Shown here: piece after piece, positions 1 to 12,431 of the stretch
How the letters are laid out: each line of letters starts with the position of its first letter
How positions within the stretch are numbered: the first letter of the stretch is position 1
Position numbers and translations under genes: made by a program
Source: Chiloscyllium plagiosum
Lineage: Eukaryota
Assembly: GCF_004010195.1 (NCBI RefSeq)
Contig: NW_025214742.1
Location: 1-50,000 of the forward strand
DNA length: 50,000 bases
Direction of reading: 5' to 3'
Notes under the pieces: generated by a model
The model's database searches: none
The model's input: only the letters and a program-made list of their open reading frames with translations
What the model was told of the DNA's origin: nothing

Positions 1-249
1 TTCTAAAAGAGGAGAGACTTAACAAACAATCCAGGTCTTTTTTAATATATAATTTCAGTTGCATCACACTGTAAACTTTTGCTATAAATTCTGTGTCTTA
101 TGATCTTATACTCTACAACCACCTGACAAAGTGGTTGTAGAGTGTTGCGAAAGCTAACGCTTCAAAATAAACCTGTTGGACTATAACCTGTTGTTGTGTG
201 ATTTTTAACTTTGTACACCCGAGTCCAACACCGGCATCTCCAAATCATG
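1..249 (+). mobile_element. Terminal repeat of a probable Penelope-like element (family A here), with a disrupted hammerhead motif
   Basis: Shares AATAAACCTGTTGGACTATAACCTG..TGTGATTTTTAACTTTGTAC..CCAACACCGGCATCTCCAAATCA with 4690-4882 and partly with 7565-7652; remnant core CACCTGA...CGAAAGCTA. Confidence 0.65.
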
Positions 250-814
250 CCTGCTATTAAAGAAACTAAAAGAAGTTGATCCATAATTTTAATCTTTGAA
301 AAAGTTTTCTGAAGCATGTTGAAGTTAGTAAGTGTCAGTAAAAGAACTTGTAGGGAAAAATGATCCTTTTGGTCATAAGATTTAGGTTAGAAAAGGACAT
401 AGGCTAATCTAAAATTAAAAATGGAGAATGTAGAGAAGCCTGAAGAAATGCATTTTGATAGGGAGGACTAGAAACAGTAATATAGCATAAAGGATATGGA
501 TCTGAAAGGGGTACAACAGCAGATGGACCTACAGGATATATGTGCACAAATTACTGAAGATGGCAGAGTAGGTTGAGAAAGTGGAAAACATGTGACATAG
601 GAAAAATTTTGTTTTAATTTTCAAAGACACTTTTTTAGATTTTCTCAAAGCCCACCTTTTGGGTTGAAGGACTTTAGGGGCTTTTTCTATATTTTCTTTT
701 TTATTAGTCATGAAGTCACATTAACTTCTGTGTTATTGGTGATTTCATTTTGAATTTCGGATTTTGTTCTATAGATAATACAAGTGTCATAGACTGTAAA
801 GACATATTGATTGA

Positions 815-985
815 TGGATATTGGCTGGGACACTGGAAGAAGTTCCATACTCTACCTTGAAAACTGCTCTGAGATCATGTAAGTCCAATTGAGAAATTAG
901 GTGAGGTTTCTTTTCCAATATCACATCTGAAAACATTTCTTGGAATGCTGAACTCCCTCAGTATTGCCAGCCTAGATATTATATA
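815..985 (-). mobile_element. Degenerate Deu-domain SINE fragment
   Basis: Reverse complement resembles the central part of the SINE at 48730-49110. Confidence 0.4.
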
Positions 986-1189
986 TTCCAAATGACGGAC
1001 AGCCAGAAAGAGCCACCTAAACGGCCGCTTCAGATGGTGATCCTGGCGGATACTGGATTTGAGACACAGTCAGGAGGTTGAATTGATTGTTGTCTGCAGA
1101 CATCAGCCAAATGGACAAAGGTGGAAGATGATGTGGGAGGCGATTTTTCAGAGGAAACCAAACTACACCAATCAGATCAATACTGAGGT

Positions 1190-1782
1190 GATGAGCAGTT
1201 CAGAGGCTGGGAATCCTGCAGCAAGTAATTCACTTTCAATTCCCCAACGCCTGTCCACCATCGACAAGGCACAAGTCAGGATTGTGATGAATTACTTTTC
1301 ACATGCCTGCATATGAGTGCAGCTCCACCAATGTTTGAAGCTTAACAACATTCAGGACAAAGCAGCCCAAATGGTTGGCACCACATTCACAAATGTCCAC
1401 TCCCTTCACCTGAAACACAACAGCAGCAGTGTGTACTATCTACAAGATGCACTGCAAAAATTCACTAAAACTCGTCAGATGGTAAATTCCAAACCCATGA
1501 CCTCTACCAACTGGAAGGACAAGTGTTGCAGATGCAAGGGGAACACCACCCCCTGCAAGTTTCCCTTTGAGTCCTCAAAACCATCCTGACTTGGAACAAC
1601 TGTTCCTTCATTGCTGTTAGGGTCAAAGTTCTGGAGTTCCCTCTCTACTGGAGTGTTCCCACACCATATGGGACGACAGCAATTCAAAACATGGCTCATC
1701 ACCACCTTCTCAAGGGGAGGTCAGGAACAGGCAATATATGTTGGGCCCAGTCAGCAGTAGTCATGTCACACGAGTGAATAAA
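1190..1782 (+). mobile_element. CR1-clade LINE 3' fragment (second family)
   Basis: Decayed ORF2 C-terminus (LSTIDKAQVRIVMNY; LNNIQDKAA) and 3' UTR (CACCACCTTCTCAAGGG...GAATAAA); homologous to 26095-27182 and 39770-39940. Confidence 0.75.
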
Positions 1783-2205
1783 GACAGTCTCTAGAATGAG
1801 ATCAGAACACATTGTCTTCTTATTCAGAAAAGAAAAATAATACCAAAGAAACTGAATATGTCCCCATGGGAATACTGTTCCTAATCCAAACCATGATGAA
1901 ACCAAATGTAAGCACAGATAACATGTTGACAGCATTAAAATAGGGCTATTGTTAAAAAACAATGATGGTAACTTCTTCCTGGACATAATGACAGTGGCTC
2001 AAGGTCAGGCTTGAGGTGTTTGCCAGCATATCTCCTGGAAGCTGGGCCTTATGCAGGCTCTGTCGTAACTCTATCTTTCCCACATATGACGATGATCTTT
2101 ATCTCATTTGCTACCCCATCATTGAGATTTTCAAGATTTTTTGGGTTTTTTCGAGCCTCCCATCCTTGTATTTAATTTGAGCACTGATGCAGAATCTGAA
2201 GATAA

Positions 2206-2720
2206 GGTCTCCTTCCTATCGGAAAGATGTTGTGAAACCTGAAAGGGTTCAGAAAAGATTTACGAGGATGTTGACAGGGTTGGAGGATTTGAGCTACAGG
2301 GAGATGCTGAATAGGCTAGGGCTGTTTTCCCTGGAGTGTTGGATGCTGAGGGGTGACCTTATAGAGGTTTATAAAACCATGAGCGGCATGGATAGGATAA
2401 ATAGACAAAATCGTTTCCCTGGGGTCAGAGAGTCCAGAATTAGAGGGCATAGGTTTAGGTTGAGAGAGGAAAGATATAAAAGAGACCTAAGGGGCAACAT
2501 TTTCACGCTGAGGGTGGCACGAGTATGGAATGAGCTGCCAGAGAAAGTGGTGGAGGCTAGTACAATTGCAACATTTAAAAGGCATCTGAATGGGTATATG
2601 AATAGGAAGGGTTTGGAGGGATATGGGCCAGGTGCTGACAGGTGGGATATCTGATTGGCATGGATGAGTTGGACCAAAGGGTCTGTTTCCATGCTGTACA
2701 TTTCCTTGACTCTCTAACTC
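2206..2720 (+). mobile_element. HER1/CR1 LINE 3' end, 5'-truncated
   Basis: ORF2 C-terminus SPSYRKDVVKPERVQKRFTRM..LRGDLIEVYK..WNELP, then the conserved tail GGACCAAAGGGTCTGTTTCCATGCTGTA and GACTCT repeats. Confidence 0.93.
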
Positions 2721-3169
2721 CATAAAGATTTGCAGAAAGGTGACAGGTGAATGGTTCTAGCTGAATTTTCCTTGCAGGGTGGCATGGGCCAATAGGCTTG
2801 CTATGTTATAACCATTCTGTGATACTGTATTGTTTCCAATCACATATCCTAAATTTCGCTGTCTCCCTGGCAAATAATGAAGCAAAGTAATTACTTAATA
2901 TTTTTGTCTTACTGCAATCTTATGTAATTTTTCTTCTATCCATTCCTGGCCCACATGTTAGTTTAGTGGCGTCTTTTGTTTGAACTTTATCAGACTGGGG
3001 GTTTGAGAAAGGTGTTTCTTGTCATTTATACAAATTTTAACTTGGAAGAAAACAGTCTGTTTATATCAGTAATTTGAGACGTATCCAAACAATTCAGATA
3101 TATTTACAGCATACCCGAGGGGCCATAATTTGCACCTATTGATATTGGAAGGGCACCACTGACAACTGA

Positions 3170-3260
3170 CACAAAAACAGAAATTGCTGGGGAAACTCAG
3201 ACAGCACCTATGGGAAGAAAGCAGATTTAACATTTCAATTCCGGTGACTCTTCATCAGAT
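3170..3260 (-). mobile_element. Terminal fragment of repeat family D (probably Penelope-derived) with decayed hammerhead
   Basis: Homologous to 33985-34070; minus strand reads CTGATGAAGAGTCACCGGAATTGAAATGTTAA. Confidence 0.6.
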
Positions 3261-3289
3261 GTATGACACTCATTTAGTCATGGACAGGG

Positions 3290-3915
3290 ACACCACTCCC
3301 CTCACCTCTGTCCGAGGGATCTTTCCACATCCGTCAGAAATTTACTTGTACTTCTACCAATATCATCTACTGCATCCGTTGCACCTGGTGCGGTTCCTCT
3401 ATATCGGGGAGAGAGGACACCTTCTTGCTGATTGTTTCAGAGAACATCTCTGGGACCCACCAACCCCACCGGCCACGACTGAACACTTCAACTCCCCCTC
3501 CCACTCCGTCAAGGACATGCAGGTCCTGGGCCTCCTCCGCCACCGAACTGTTACCACCCGACGCCTGGTGGAGGAATGCCTCATATTTCCCCTTGGGACC
3601 CTGCAACCACATGGGATAAATGTGGATTTCAACAGCTTCCTCATTTCCTCTCCCCCCCCACATTATGTCAGTCCCAAGCCTCCAACTTGGCACCACCCTC
3701 TGGAACTGTCCATCACTCCCCTCTCTGACTTATCACCTTCTTCCCCATCTTCATCCACCTATTGCTTTCCCAGCTACCTTACCTCCAACCCACCCTGCCC
3801 ACCCCCATTTATCTCTCAGCCTGGACATACAAGCCTCATTCCTGAAATGTTGATTCTCCTGCTCCTCGGATGCTGCCTAACTTGCTGTGCATTTCCAGCA
3901 CTACATTCTCAACTT
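3290..3915 (+). mobile_element. Penelope-like element fragment (GIY-YIG endonuclease plus 3' repeat), family B
   Basis: Frameshifted FTCTSTNIIYCIRC..YIGE..LADCFREHL..EHFNSPSHS..LGTLQPHGINVDF; 3' repeat CTCCTGCTCCTCGGATGCTGCC. Confidence 0.85.
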
Positions 3916-4689
3916 TAACCTTTACCTTCCTTAAAGACCTTAATTTCCCCTTCTACGTGGTTGAAGGTGCCCTCCAACGCATCTCAACCATGTCTCGCAC
4001 CTCTGCCCTGAAACCCCACCCGTCCAACCGCAACATGGACAGAACCCCCGGTCCTCACTTTCCACCCCACCAACCTCCGCAACAAACCACATCATCTGCC
4101 AACATTTCCACCACCTACAAATGGACCCCCCCACCAGGGATATATTTCCCTCCCCATCCCTATCCATTTTCCAGAAAGACCGTTCCCTCCTGTTCAGGTC
4201 CACGCCCCCTAACAACCCACTCTCCCTTCCTGGCATCTTCCCCTGCCACCACAGGAATTGCAAAACCTGCGCCCACACCTCCCCCCTCACCTCCATCCAA
4301 GGCCCCAAAGAAGCCTTCCACATCCATCAAAGTTTCACCTCCATAAATGTCATTTATTGTATCTGTTGCTCCTGATGCGGTCTCCGTTACATTGGGGAGA
4401 CTGGATGCCTTCTTGCAGAGTGCTTTAGGGAACATCTCTGGGACACCCGCTCCAATCAACCCCACCACCCCGTGGCCGAACATTTCAATTCCCCCTCCCA
4501 CTCTGCCAAGGACATGCAAGACCTGGGCCTCTTCCACTGCCACTCCCTCACCACTTGACACCTGGAGGAAAAATGCAGTATGTTCCGCCTCGGGACCCTT
4601 CAATCCCAAGGCATCAATATGGGCTTCACCAGTTTCCTCATTTCCCCTCCGCCCACCTTACCCCAGTTCCAATGTCCCAGCTCAGCACC

Positions 4690-4882
4690 TGATTTGGAGA
4701 TGCCGATGTTGGACTGGGGTGGTACAAAGTTAAAAATCACACAACACCAGGTTATAGTCAACCTGGTTTAATTGGAAGCACTAGCTTTCGGAGCACTGCT
4801 CCTTCATCGGTTGTGGAGGACACAATTGAAAGACACAGAATAAACCTATTGGACTATAACCTGGTGTTATGTGATTTTAAAC
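4690..4882 (-). mobile_element. Short family A insertion with internal inverted repeat and ~16-bp target duplication
   Basis: Flanked by TGTCCCAGCTCAGCACC (4673-4689) and TGTCCAGCTCAGCACC (4883-4898); body is the reverse complement of ~90-249, followed by a + strand copy of the same terminus (4838-4882). Confidence 0.85.
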
Positions 4883-5069
4883 TGTCCAGCTCAGCACCAT
4901 CCCCATGACATGACCCACCTGTCAATCTTCTTTCACACCTATTTGCTCCACATTCCTCTCTGACCTATTACCTCCATCCCCACCCCCATTCACCTATTGG
5001 ACTCTTGGCCTACCTTCTCCCCAGCCCCACCCTCCCATTTCTCTCTCCACCCTGGAAGCTCCCAGCTTC

Positions 5070-5105
5070 ATTCCTGATGAAGGGCTTTTGCCCGAAATAT
5101 TGATT
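5070..5105 (+). ncRNA. Minimal type I hammerhead ribozyme motif (family B), stem III decayed
   Basis: CTGATGA-A-GGGC-TTTT-GCCC-GAAA-TATTGA. Confidence 0.7.
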
Positions 5106-5624
5106 TTTCTGCTCCTCGGATGATGCCTGACCTGCTGTTTTTTTCCAGTACCACTCTGATCTTGATTTTAGCCTCGGACATTCAAGATTTGGCCACGTAC
5201 AGAATTCACTTTATTACCCAGATCTAACATTTCAACTACAAGCCGCTCAAAGGAAATAGTCAAGGGAAACACCAAGTAAAATTCGCAGGATAATACTTTC
5301 TGAGTGTTTTTTTTCTCGCATTTTCTGCTTTTACGCGCAATTCATAATTTTTCCAATTATGTTATTTTCTTTCTTACTTCGATAGTTGGGCACATGACTA
5401 TTGGCATATTCCAGTAACAAAGTTATAACCCTACATTGGTAGGAGCGTTCTCAACCGAGGGACTGAAAAAAATCCTGTCCCATTCTGGAACAATATTCAA
5501 AGATCTTTTTGATGCCCTTTAATTGTCCTCGATGTGCACTAAATCAAAATCGAACGAATACATAAAATTCATATAACACATATGACCACCGAGAAATATT
5601 AACTGTTCGTCATTTCAACTTGTA

Positions 5625-5696
5625 GGGGATGTAGCTCAGTGGTAGAGCGCATGCTTTGCATGTATGAGGCCCCGGGTTCAATCCCCGGCATCTCCA
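5625..5696 (+). tRNA. tRNA-Ala-TGC: tRNA-Ala (anticodon TGC)
   Basis: 72-nt canonical cloverleaf, A box TAGCTCAGTGG, B box GGTTCAATCC, G3:U70 alanine identity pair, TTTT terminator immediately after (5697-5700). Confidence 0.98.
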
Positions 5697-5729
5697 TTTT
5701 ATTTGCAGTGGGTTGTGTTGAAACATTTT

Positions 5730-5920
5730 TAGATTAGATTTAGATTACTTACAGTGTGGAAACAGGGCCTTCGGCCCAACAAGTCCACACCGACCCGCCG
5801 AAGCGCACCCACCCAGACCCATTCCCCTACGTTTACCCCTGCACCTAACACTATAGGCAATTTAGCATGGCCAATTCACCTAACCTGCACATTTTTGGAC
5901 TGTGAGAGGAAACCGGAGCA
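5730..5920 (-). mobile_element. HE1 SINE, 5'-truncated
   Basis: Reverse complement of the 3' ~190 nt of the full copy at 41594-41907; (TAATC)n tail. Confidence 0.9.
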
Positions 5921-6130
5921 ATCTGAATGAGCAATCTGAAAGAAGCCACTTCACACTGTATGCGGTAGCATCGTTTCCTTTGCAGTCAGCACTAATGTAT
6001 TTTTCTTATTACAAACTAGAGCGGTTTAAAGTTATCATATCTAAAATTTAGAAAGCATCATTTTCACAAAGTTAAAAATTTGACCGGAAGCAGTTTTCAA
6101 AGAAGCGTTTGCAGAAGCGCTACAGTAGGA

Positions 6131-6202
6131 GGGGATGTAGCTCAGTGGTAGAGCGCATGCTTCGCATGTATGAGGTCCCGGGTTCAATCCCCGGCATCTC
6201 CA
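6131..6202 (+). tRNA. tRNA-Ala-CGC: tRNA-Ala (anticodon CGC)
   Basis: 72-nt cloverleaf differing from the upstream gene at 2 positions; G3:U70; TTTT at 6207-6210. Confidence 0.98.
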
Positions 6203-7189
6203 CAGATTTTGCTTACCATTCCGCAGCACTTGAATCAATATTGTGTTGAAGAATGATATTTCACGACTGATGTTACGTGAAAGTTATTACTTCATTCTGA
6301 CCAATACACACACCTTTCTCTTTGGGATATCTTTAAGTTCGGAATGGAAATAGTGATTGGTTAACACGTATAAACATTGAAAGGAAACAGTTCACATCTT
6401 TGATGAGTCCTTTGCAAGGTGGAGTTGAGTTTCTTTTAGTTACTAATTACTTAAAACAATAACGAATATATTGATATTTTGGATATACGGGATATTAGTT
6501 GATTTAATAGAGTATCTGTTGGACAGAACTAACACAAGAGGGTTAAAGGCTCTCTGCAAGTGTACTTATGTCATAATCCCCTTATTGTTTACCAATATCA
6601 CTGTTATTGTTTTTTCTTTGTTGGTTCGTTTATTGTCTCCTTTACATTTGAAATGGCTCACCGGCCTCTTCAAACAACTCACCCTCTATCTATCGCCACT
6701 CTAGCTGCTGTTCCGTCACAACACGAAAGTAAAAATGCTGCAGATGCTGGAAATTGAAAAAGAAGCAAAAGGTGCGAGATATAATCGAATCATAGAAATA
6801 TTACGACGCAGAATTACAGAATTTTTACAGCGCAGCGGGAGGCCATTAAGCCTGCACTTGCTGTCCAAATGACCATTCACTTCTACCATTCCCCTGCCTG
6901 CTCATCGGAATCCTGCACGTTATTCTTTTCAAATTAGACGACTCTCTTTTAAATGTATTCATTTAACTTACTTTTCACACTGTCAGGCAGTGAATTTCAG
7001 ATACTAACGGCTAGCTACCTGAAAAAGCTTCTTTCTCATATCATTTTTGTTTTCTTTTAGTTTTGTTTTGTGACTTTTGCTGATTATTTTAAATTTACGT
7101 CACTTGTCCTCAATCCTTTCACAAGAGAAAACAGTTTCTTTTTGTTTAGTCTGTCCAAAATCTTCATGATTTTGGAAAGTTCTATCTGA

Positions 7190-8170
7190 TCCCTTCCTAC
7201 GTCTTCTAATCTAAGGAAAACAGTAACTTCTCTAATCTTCACAACCCAAGTTCCTCATTCTTGGAACTATTTTTGTAAATGTCTTCTGTAGTCGTAACAA
7301 CGCTTCCACATCCTTCCTAAATTGTGGTACCCACAACTGGACGCAATACTACAGCTGAAGTCAAACTAGCGTCATATACAAATTCATCATAGCTTCCTTC
7401 TCTTGTCCTCTGTGTCCTTGATAAGAATGCCTGGTACTCTGCTTGCTTTATTAACTATGTTCTCAACATTTCCTTCCACTGCTGATGACATATATAAATA
7501 TACACCCAGGTCCCTCTGCTCCATTTTAAAGTTGTATTCTTTAATATGTATTGATTTTCCATGATCCTCTGATGAAGGAGCAGCAAACTGAAAACTTGTG
7601 GTTTCAGATAAACCTGTTGGACTATTAACTGGTGTCACGTGACTTCTGACTTAATCAATTAAGATATCAATGGATTGGTTGGATGGGCAGAGAAGAGGCA
7701 AATGAAGAAGTGTGATGTATTTTGGGGACACTAACTAAGCTGATCAAAAGAATATGCAATACATGGGAGAATACTAAAAAAAGAGTAGATGAAGTGAGGG
7801 ACTCTGGAATTATTGTCCATAAATCCTAACAGGAAAGCTTGATTAGTAAAAAGGAAGGAATGTGGAATCTTTTCCTCAGGATAGAGTTTAAGAGCAGGGT
7901 GGATGTTGGAAGTGTATAAATTATTAGTTAGACTATAACTTGAGTTCTGTGTGCAGTTCATTACAGAAAGGATGTAATTTGACAAGAAAGGATATAGGTG
8001 AGATATGTGTGAATGTTGCCAGGACTGAAAAACTTTAGCTATAAAGGAACATTAGGTAGGCCGTGTTTGTTCTCCTTGCAACAGAAGAAGTTGAGGGAAG
8101 ATTTAATTGAGATGCCCAAAATTGTTAGGGGCCTGAATAATGACTTATGGAGAAGACCGGTTTGTCTTGG
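7190..8170. mobile_element. Old CR1 fragments (minus ~7190-7560, plus ~7660-8170) around a family A terminal fragment (7565-7652)
   Basis: Decayed EQRDLGVY and MLPGLKNFSY..LREDLIE motifs; CTGATGAAGGAGCAGC...ATAAACCTGTTGGACTAT at 7569-7625. Confidence 0.7.
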
Positions 8171-9554
8171 TAGATATGTCAAAGATTTTTTTTCCGTCTT
8201 AAATAAATTTAATTTTATATCATTCAGCAATATTAATTAACAGATAGAGAATTTGAAATGTAATAAAATTAATATCAAACAACATTAGTGCAATTAGGAC
8301 AGTCAGCATGCCTCGGTGAATCACAGACAGCTAAACTGCAAAACATTCTTTGAGTTGACCACAGCGCTGCCTTGCTTATAACTAATGTCGCATAAAAGGT
8401 TAACACAGATAGCACGTATGCTGGCAAAGGTCATTCTGAAGTCTATAAAATTAAGATATGTCAAAGATAAGGGAGCATATGCTTAAACTGATTGGTGGAA
8501 AGATTATAAGGCTGAATAGGAATGTATTTTTTTATTCACAGGATGGAGGCTTCCTGGAATGGTAGTAGAGGCAGAAACACTGGACTCATTTCAAAGATGT
8601 CTGGGATAACCATCATGAGTACAGTAAATGCAGAGCTATGAATAAGAAGCTATGAATAAGTTTAAGGTGGGTTTTTTGATTTTTGATTGGCACAGACACT
8701 TGGCATGAGCCAAGTGGCCTTTTTTTTCTTTCCTATAAACATTCCATGGTTGTCCCTACCAAAATAAATCACCTCACATTGTATGGATGAAACACTGAGT
8801 TTTACCTGTTTTTGACTTTTCTAATATTTTATATCTTTCATTTTTTTTTGTCAAATAATTGAATGACTCATAATGTCATGCATTTTATAAAGTATTTCTT
8901 GAACAATAATTTCCACTGTGAAATCTTTAGAAAGTATAGATATTCAAAACTAAATCATTCTGTAGTCATTTTCTGTTGATGGAAATGGAGCAAATGCCAT
9001 CTAAATCTTTGTCTTGGTTTAGAATTTATTCCATCACTCACATATTTCTACTTTATAAGTTTGTTAGTTTTGGAGGTTTTGCCTAAATCCTTGACTCTCC
9101 ACAGGAAGGTGTATGCTCCAGAAAATTGAGGATCCAATGTCATAACTTTTGTTAATTTATCATTTCCCTGAATCAAATTTCCCTCACTGCCAACCTGCTA
9201 AATTTATGGAGGATGTTCAAGCAGCCAGAGTCAGAGGAAGAGAGAGCTCTGGGGCATTAGAGGAGTCGAGAGAAGGGATGAGGGATGAGGGTGAGAATAT
9301 TAAATTGAAAGCTTTGAATGATCCCAAATCTTCAGTGTATTGTTGACAATTTATAACATGTACTGCTGTGAAATGTACAGTTGATTATGCAGTTGTAACT
9401 GTGGTCTAGTCAGTAGCCAATGGCCTAAACAGATTTATGCCAGTTAGGATTTATAGTGAACAAAAACATTGAGACTAAAGCTGAGGGAGTGGTTAAGCAA
9501 GAAACTTGGAGGAAAGTAGTGGAGAAATATCCATAATAATAAGGAAACCTGAAG

Positions 9555-10072
9555 TGCTAAAGAAGGCATTTGACTTGTTTTCCTTCATTGCTCATACTAT
9601 TAAGTATCGGAATTGGGATGTCATGTTGCAGTTGCACAGGATATTGGTTTCGCTACTTCTGGAGTACTATGTATGGTTCTGGTCCACCCTGTTATAGGAG
9701 GTATCTTATTAATTTTGAGAGGGTGCAGAAAAGATTTAGAAGGATGTGACAGGGACTAGAGGGTTATAGTTAGGAGAGGCTGGATAGAAATTGGGACTCT
9801 TTTTTTCCCCGGAAGGTTGAAAGGTGACCTTATAGGGCTTTATCAAACCATGAGGGGCAGAGATAAGGTGAATAGCAAATGTCTTTTCCTTAGGGCAGGA
9901 GAGCTCAAAACTAGAGGGTATAATTTTAAGGAATGAGGTGAAAAATTTAAAAGAGACTTTGGCAATTTTTTTCAAACAGAAGATGGTTTGTATAGAGTCA
10001 TAGAGTTGTACAGCACAGAAACAGATTGTTCAGTCCAACTCGTCCATGCTGACCAGATATCCTAAATTAATC
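9555..10072 (+). mobile_element. CR1/HER1 3' fragment plus an inverted HER1 tail (9993-10072)
   Basis: KKAFDLFSFIAHTIKYRNWDVMLQL..LEYYVWFWS; TAGAGTCATAGAG is the reverse-strand tail. Confidence 0.8.
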
Positions 10073-10074
10073 TG

Positions 10075-10374
10075 AGGAGTTCATCAGGGTAGTGTTCTAG
10101 GTCCAACCACCTTCAGCTGCTTCCCTCCATCATAAGGTAAGAAGGTTTGCTGATTATTGCACAATGTTTAGCACCATTTGTGATTCCTCAGACACTGAAG
10201 TAACTCATGTCCAAATGCAACAAGACCTAGACAATATGCAAGCTTTGGCTGACAAGTGGCAAGTAACATTCAAGTAACAAATGCCAGGCTAGACCTTCAC
10301 CAATAAGAGACGATCTAAACACCCTCCCTTCACATTCAATGGTGTTACATCACTGAATCCCTCTTGATCAACAT
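10075..10374 (+). mobile_element. CR1 (second family) RT fragment, host of the Gypsy insertion
   Basis: QGSVLGPTTFSCF and FADY-like RT motifs; breaks off at ATCAACAT where the LTR starts. Confidence 0.75.
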
Positions 10375-10950
10375 TGTTCTGGACCAGGCCAGACCCCCTC
10401 AAATTATTTTAAGAAGGTAGCCTAGACTCTAACTTTTTCTTATTTTAATGGCAAATGTGAAGTGGGTATTCTGGGTGAGATGTAACTGGTCAAATCACCC
10501 ATCTTTAAGCAAAACAGAATTTATTTAAACACTACAGTTGAAACACAAATAAAAGAAAGTGGAATTTAGAATAACTAACGATTGGAAAACTTAATGGACC
10601 TGATACAGTAACTATTACTAATTAACTGTTCCAATACAATAACTTCCCATAAACACACCCCTTGGCAAAAAGGTAAATTCAAACACAGATCCTTACAGGC
10701 AGGAGGGAACAACATCCAGAGAGAGATTTCAGAGAAAGTCAGATGAATCATTTATTGAAGCTTGCATCGACTGGACTCTCACATCTTGTGACTGCTACAG
10801 TTAAAACAAACTAGGAAAAAACCTGAGCTGGGAGAACTGGCCACTCCCCTTCCTTTGTTAAACTAGACTCTTTGTCACCCCTATCTTTACGACCTCTCTT
10901 CAAATAAATCAAGGACAAAATAACCTTTTTAAAATGACAGCATCATCACA
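10375..10950 (-). repeat. 3' LTR of the Gmr1-like Gypsy element
   Basis: TG...CA ends; on the minus strand it is directly preceded by the polypurine tract GAGGGGGAGG (10960-10951); minus-strand AATAAA near 10520-10527. Confidence 0.85.
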
Positions 10951-12431
10951 CCTCCCCCTCATTAAAAAAGTGAACTGTCAATATACAAAGACGGCTTCAT
11001 TTTAAACCCCTTAGTCTTATGCCTTTAGTACACTACCTCACATATAAATTACATTGACTGTAAGCATGCAAACATCCACTACTACATTCTATTTCAGTCC
11101 ATTTACTCCTACCGCTGAACGCTTCCATCTTTCTTCATCCAAATCTCGACAACACATTGGCAATCACATTTTCTTGTCCGGCCATATGTGTAATTTTCAA
11201 TGGCTGCAATAATAAGCTCCATCTAAACAGTCTGGAATTGTTCTCCCTAAATTGCTCTAAAAACTTTAATGGGTTATGATCAGTATTACAATTGTCTCAG
11301 ACACAATACGGGCAATATAGATGTTAAAATTTTGAAACACCAACACCAAACTCACGGTCTCCTTCTCAATTCTGGAATATTTCTCTTGATGAATATTCAA
11401 TTTCCTGGTGAAGTATCCAATAGGCCATTCTATCTTCTTGTGGTCTTCTTGTAAGAGTATAGCACTGACATCCACATTTTCATACCCATAGCCACCTTGA
11501 ATGGCTTTGCATAATTAGGTGTGGCTCATACTGGGACAGCAGTTAACACAGATTTTAATCTGTCAAATGCTTTCTGACATTTCTCCGTTCATTGAAGTTT
11601 TCTGCACTTCGTCATGCATAATTAGATTAGTACTTCCCAGCTTATTCCCAAATATCTCCCATGCAATAGTAATAACTCCTTCAGGTCATTTTAATTTTCC
11701 TCTAGAAGGTAACTCAATAATTTATCCCATTTTTTGAGACCTACATCACTGTTCAATTTAATTTGAGGAATCTTGAATTCAGAATCCTCTTAACCTGATT
11801 CTTACTGTTATAATCAGTAACACATTCTCCTTTTGCTTTCCTTCCCTATCAAAATACCATTTCAGCATATTCACATGACACACTCTATGAGATTTCTTTA
11901 TATCTGGAGTCCTTATCAAATAGTTCATCTCGTTCAATCTCCTTTCGATTTGATAAGGTCCATTAAACCTTGCTTTTAAAGATTCACCTATCACTGGATG
12001 TAACGCTAATACGTCATATTCATTACCAAAACTATGAGATCTTGACTTTTTGCCTGCTTCCTGTTTCATCATATGCTGTGATATTTTTAAACACTGTCTA
12101 GCCAACACCCCCATTCTATTGAACCATTCCCTAAAATTTGATACATAGTCCAAGCATGGGATCTCTGAATTCTGATTCACTAATTTCTCCTTAATTATTT
12201 CAGTGGTCCTCTCACTCATGCCCAAAAATGAATTCAAATGGACTGAATTTGATAAATTCATTTTGTGCATTCCTAATGGCAAAAAGAACAAACAGAATTC
12301 CTTTATCTCAATTTTCTGGATAGTCTTGACTATATGATCTTAATATAGTTTTTAACGTTCGATGCCAGCTTTCTAATGCTCTTTGCGATTCTGGGTGGTA
12401 CTGTTACGATGCGGAGGACAAACTCCCTTGT

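Larger units (their letters stand above)
3925..5165 (+). mobile_element. Second, tandem Penelope-like fragment (family B), interrupted at 4690-4882
   Basis: Cys-rich linker PCHHRNCKTC, then NVIYCICCS*CGLRYIGET and FRLGTLQSQGINM; same 3' repeat as 3835-3915, with a hammerhead core at 5074-5097. Confidence 0.87.

Noticed and set aside
3184..4771. Long ORFs (244, 158, 149 aa) as host genes
   Set aside because: Shifted or antisense frames of decayed Penelope elements.
6041..6238. 65-aa minus-strand ORF
   Set aside because: Antisense reading of the tRNA-Ala gene.
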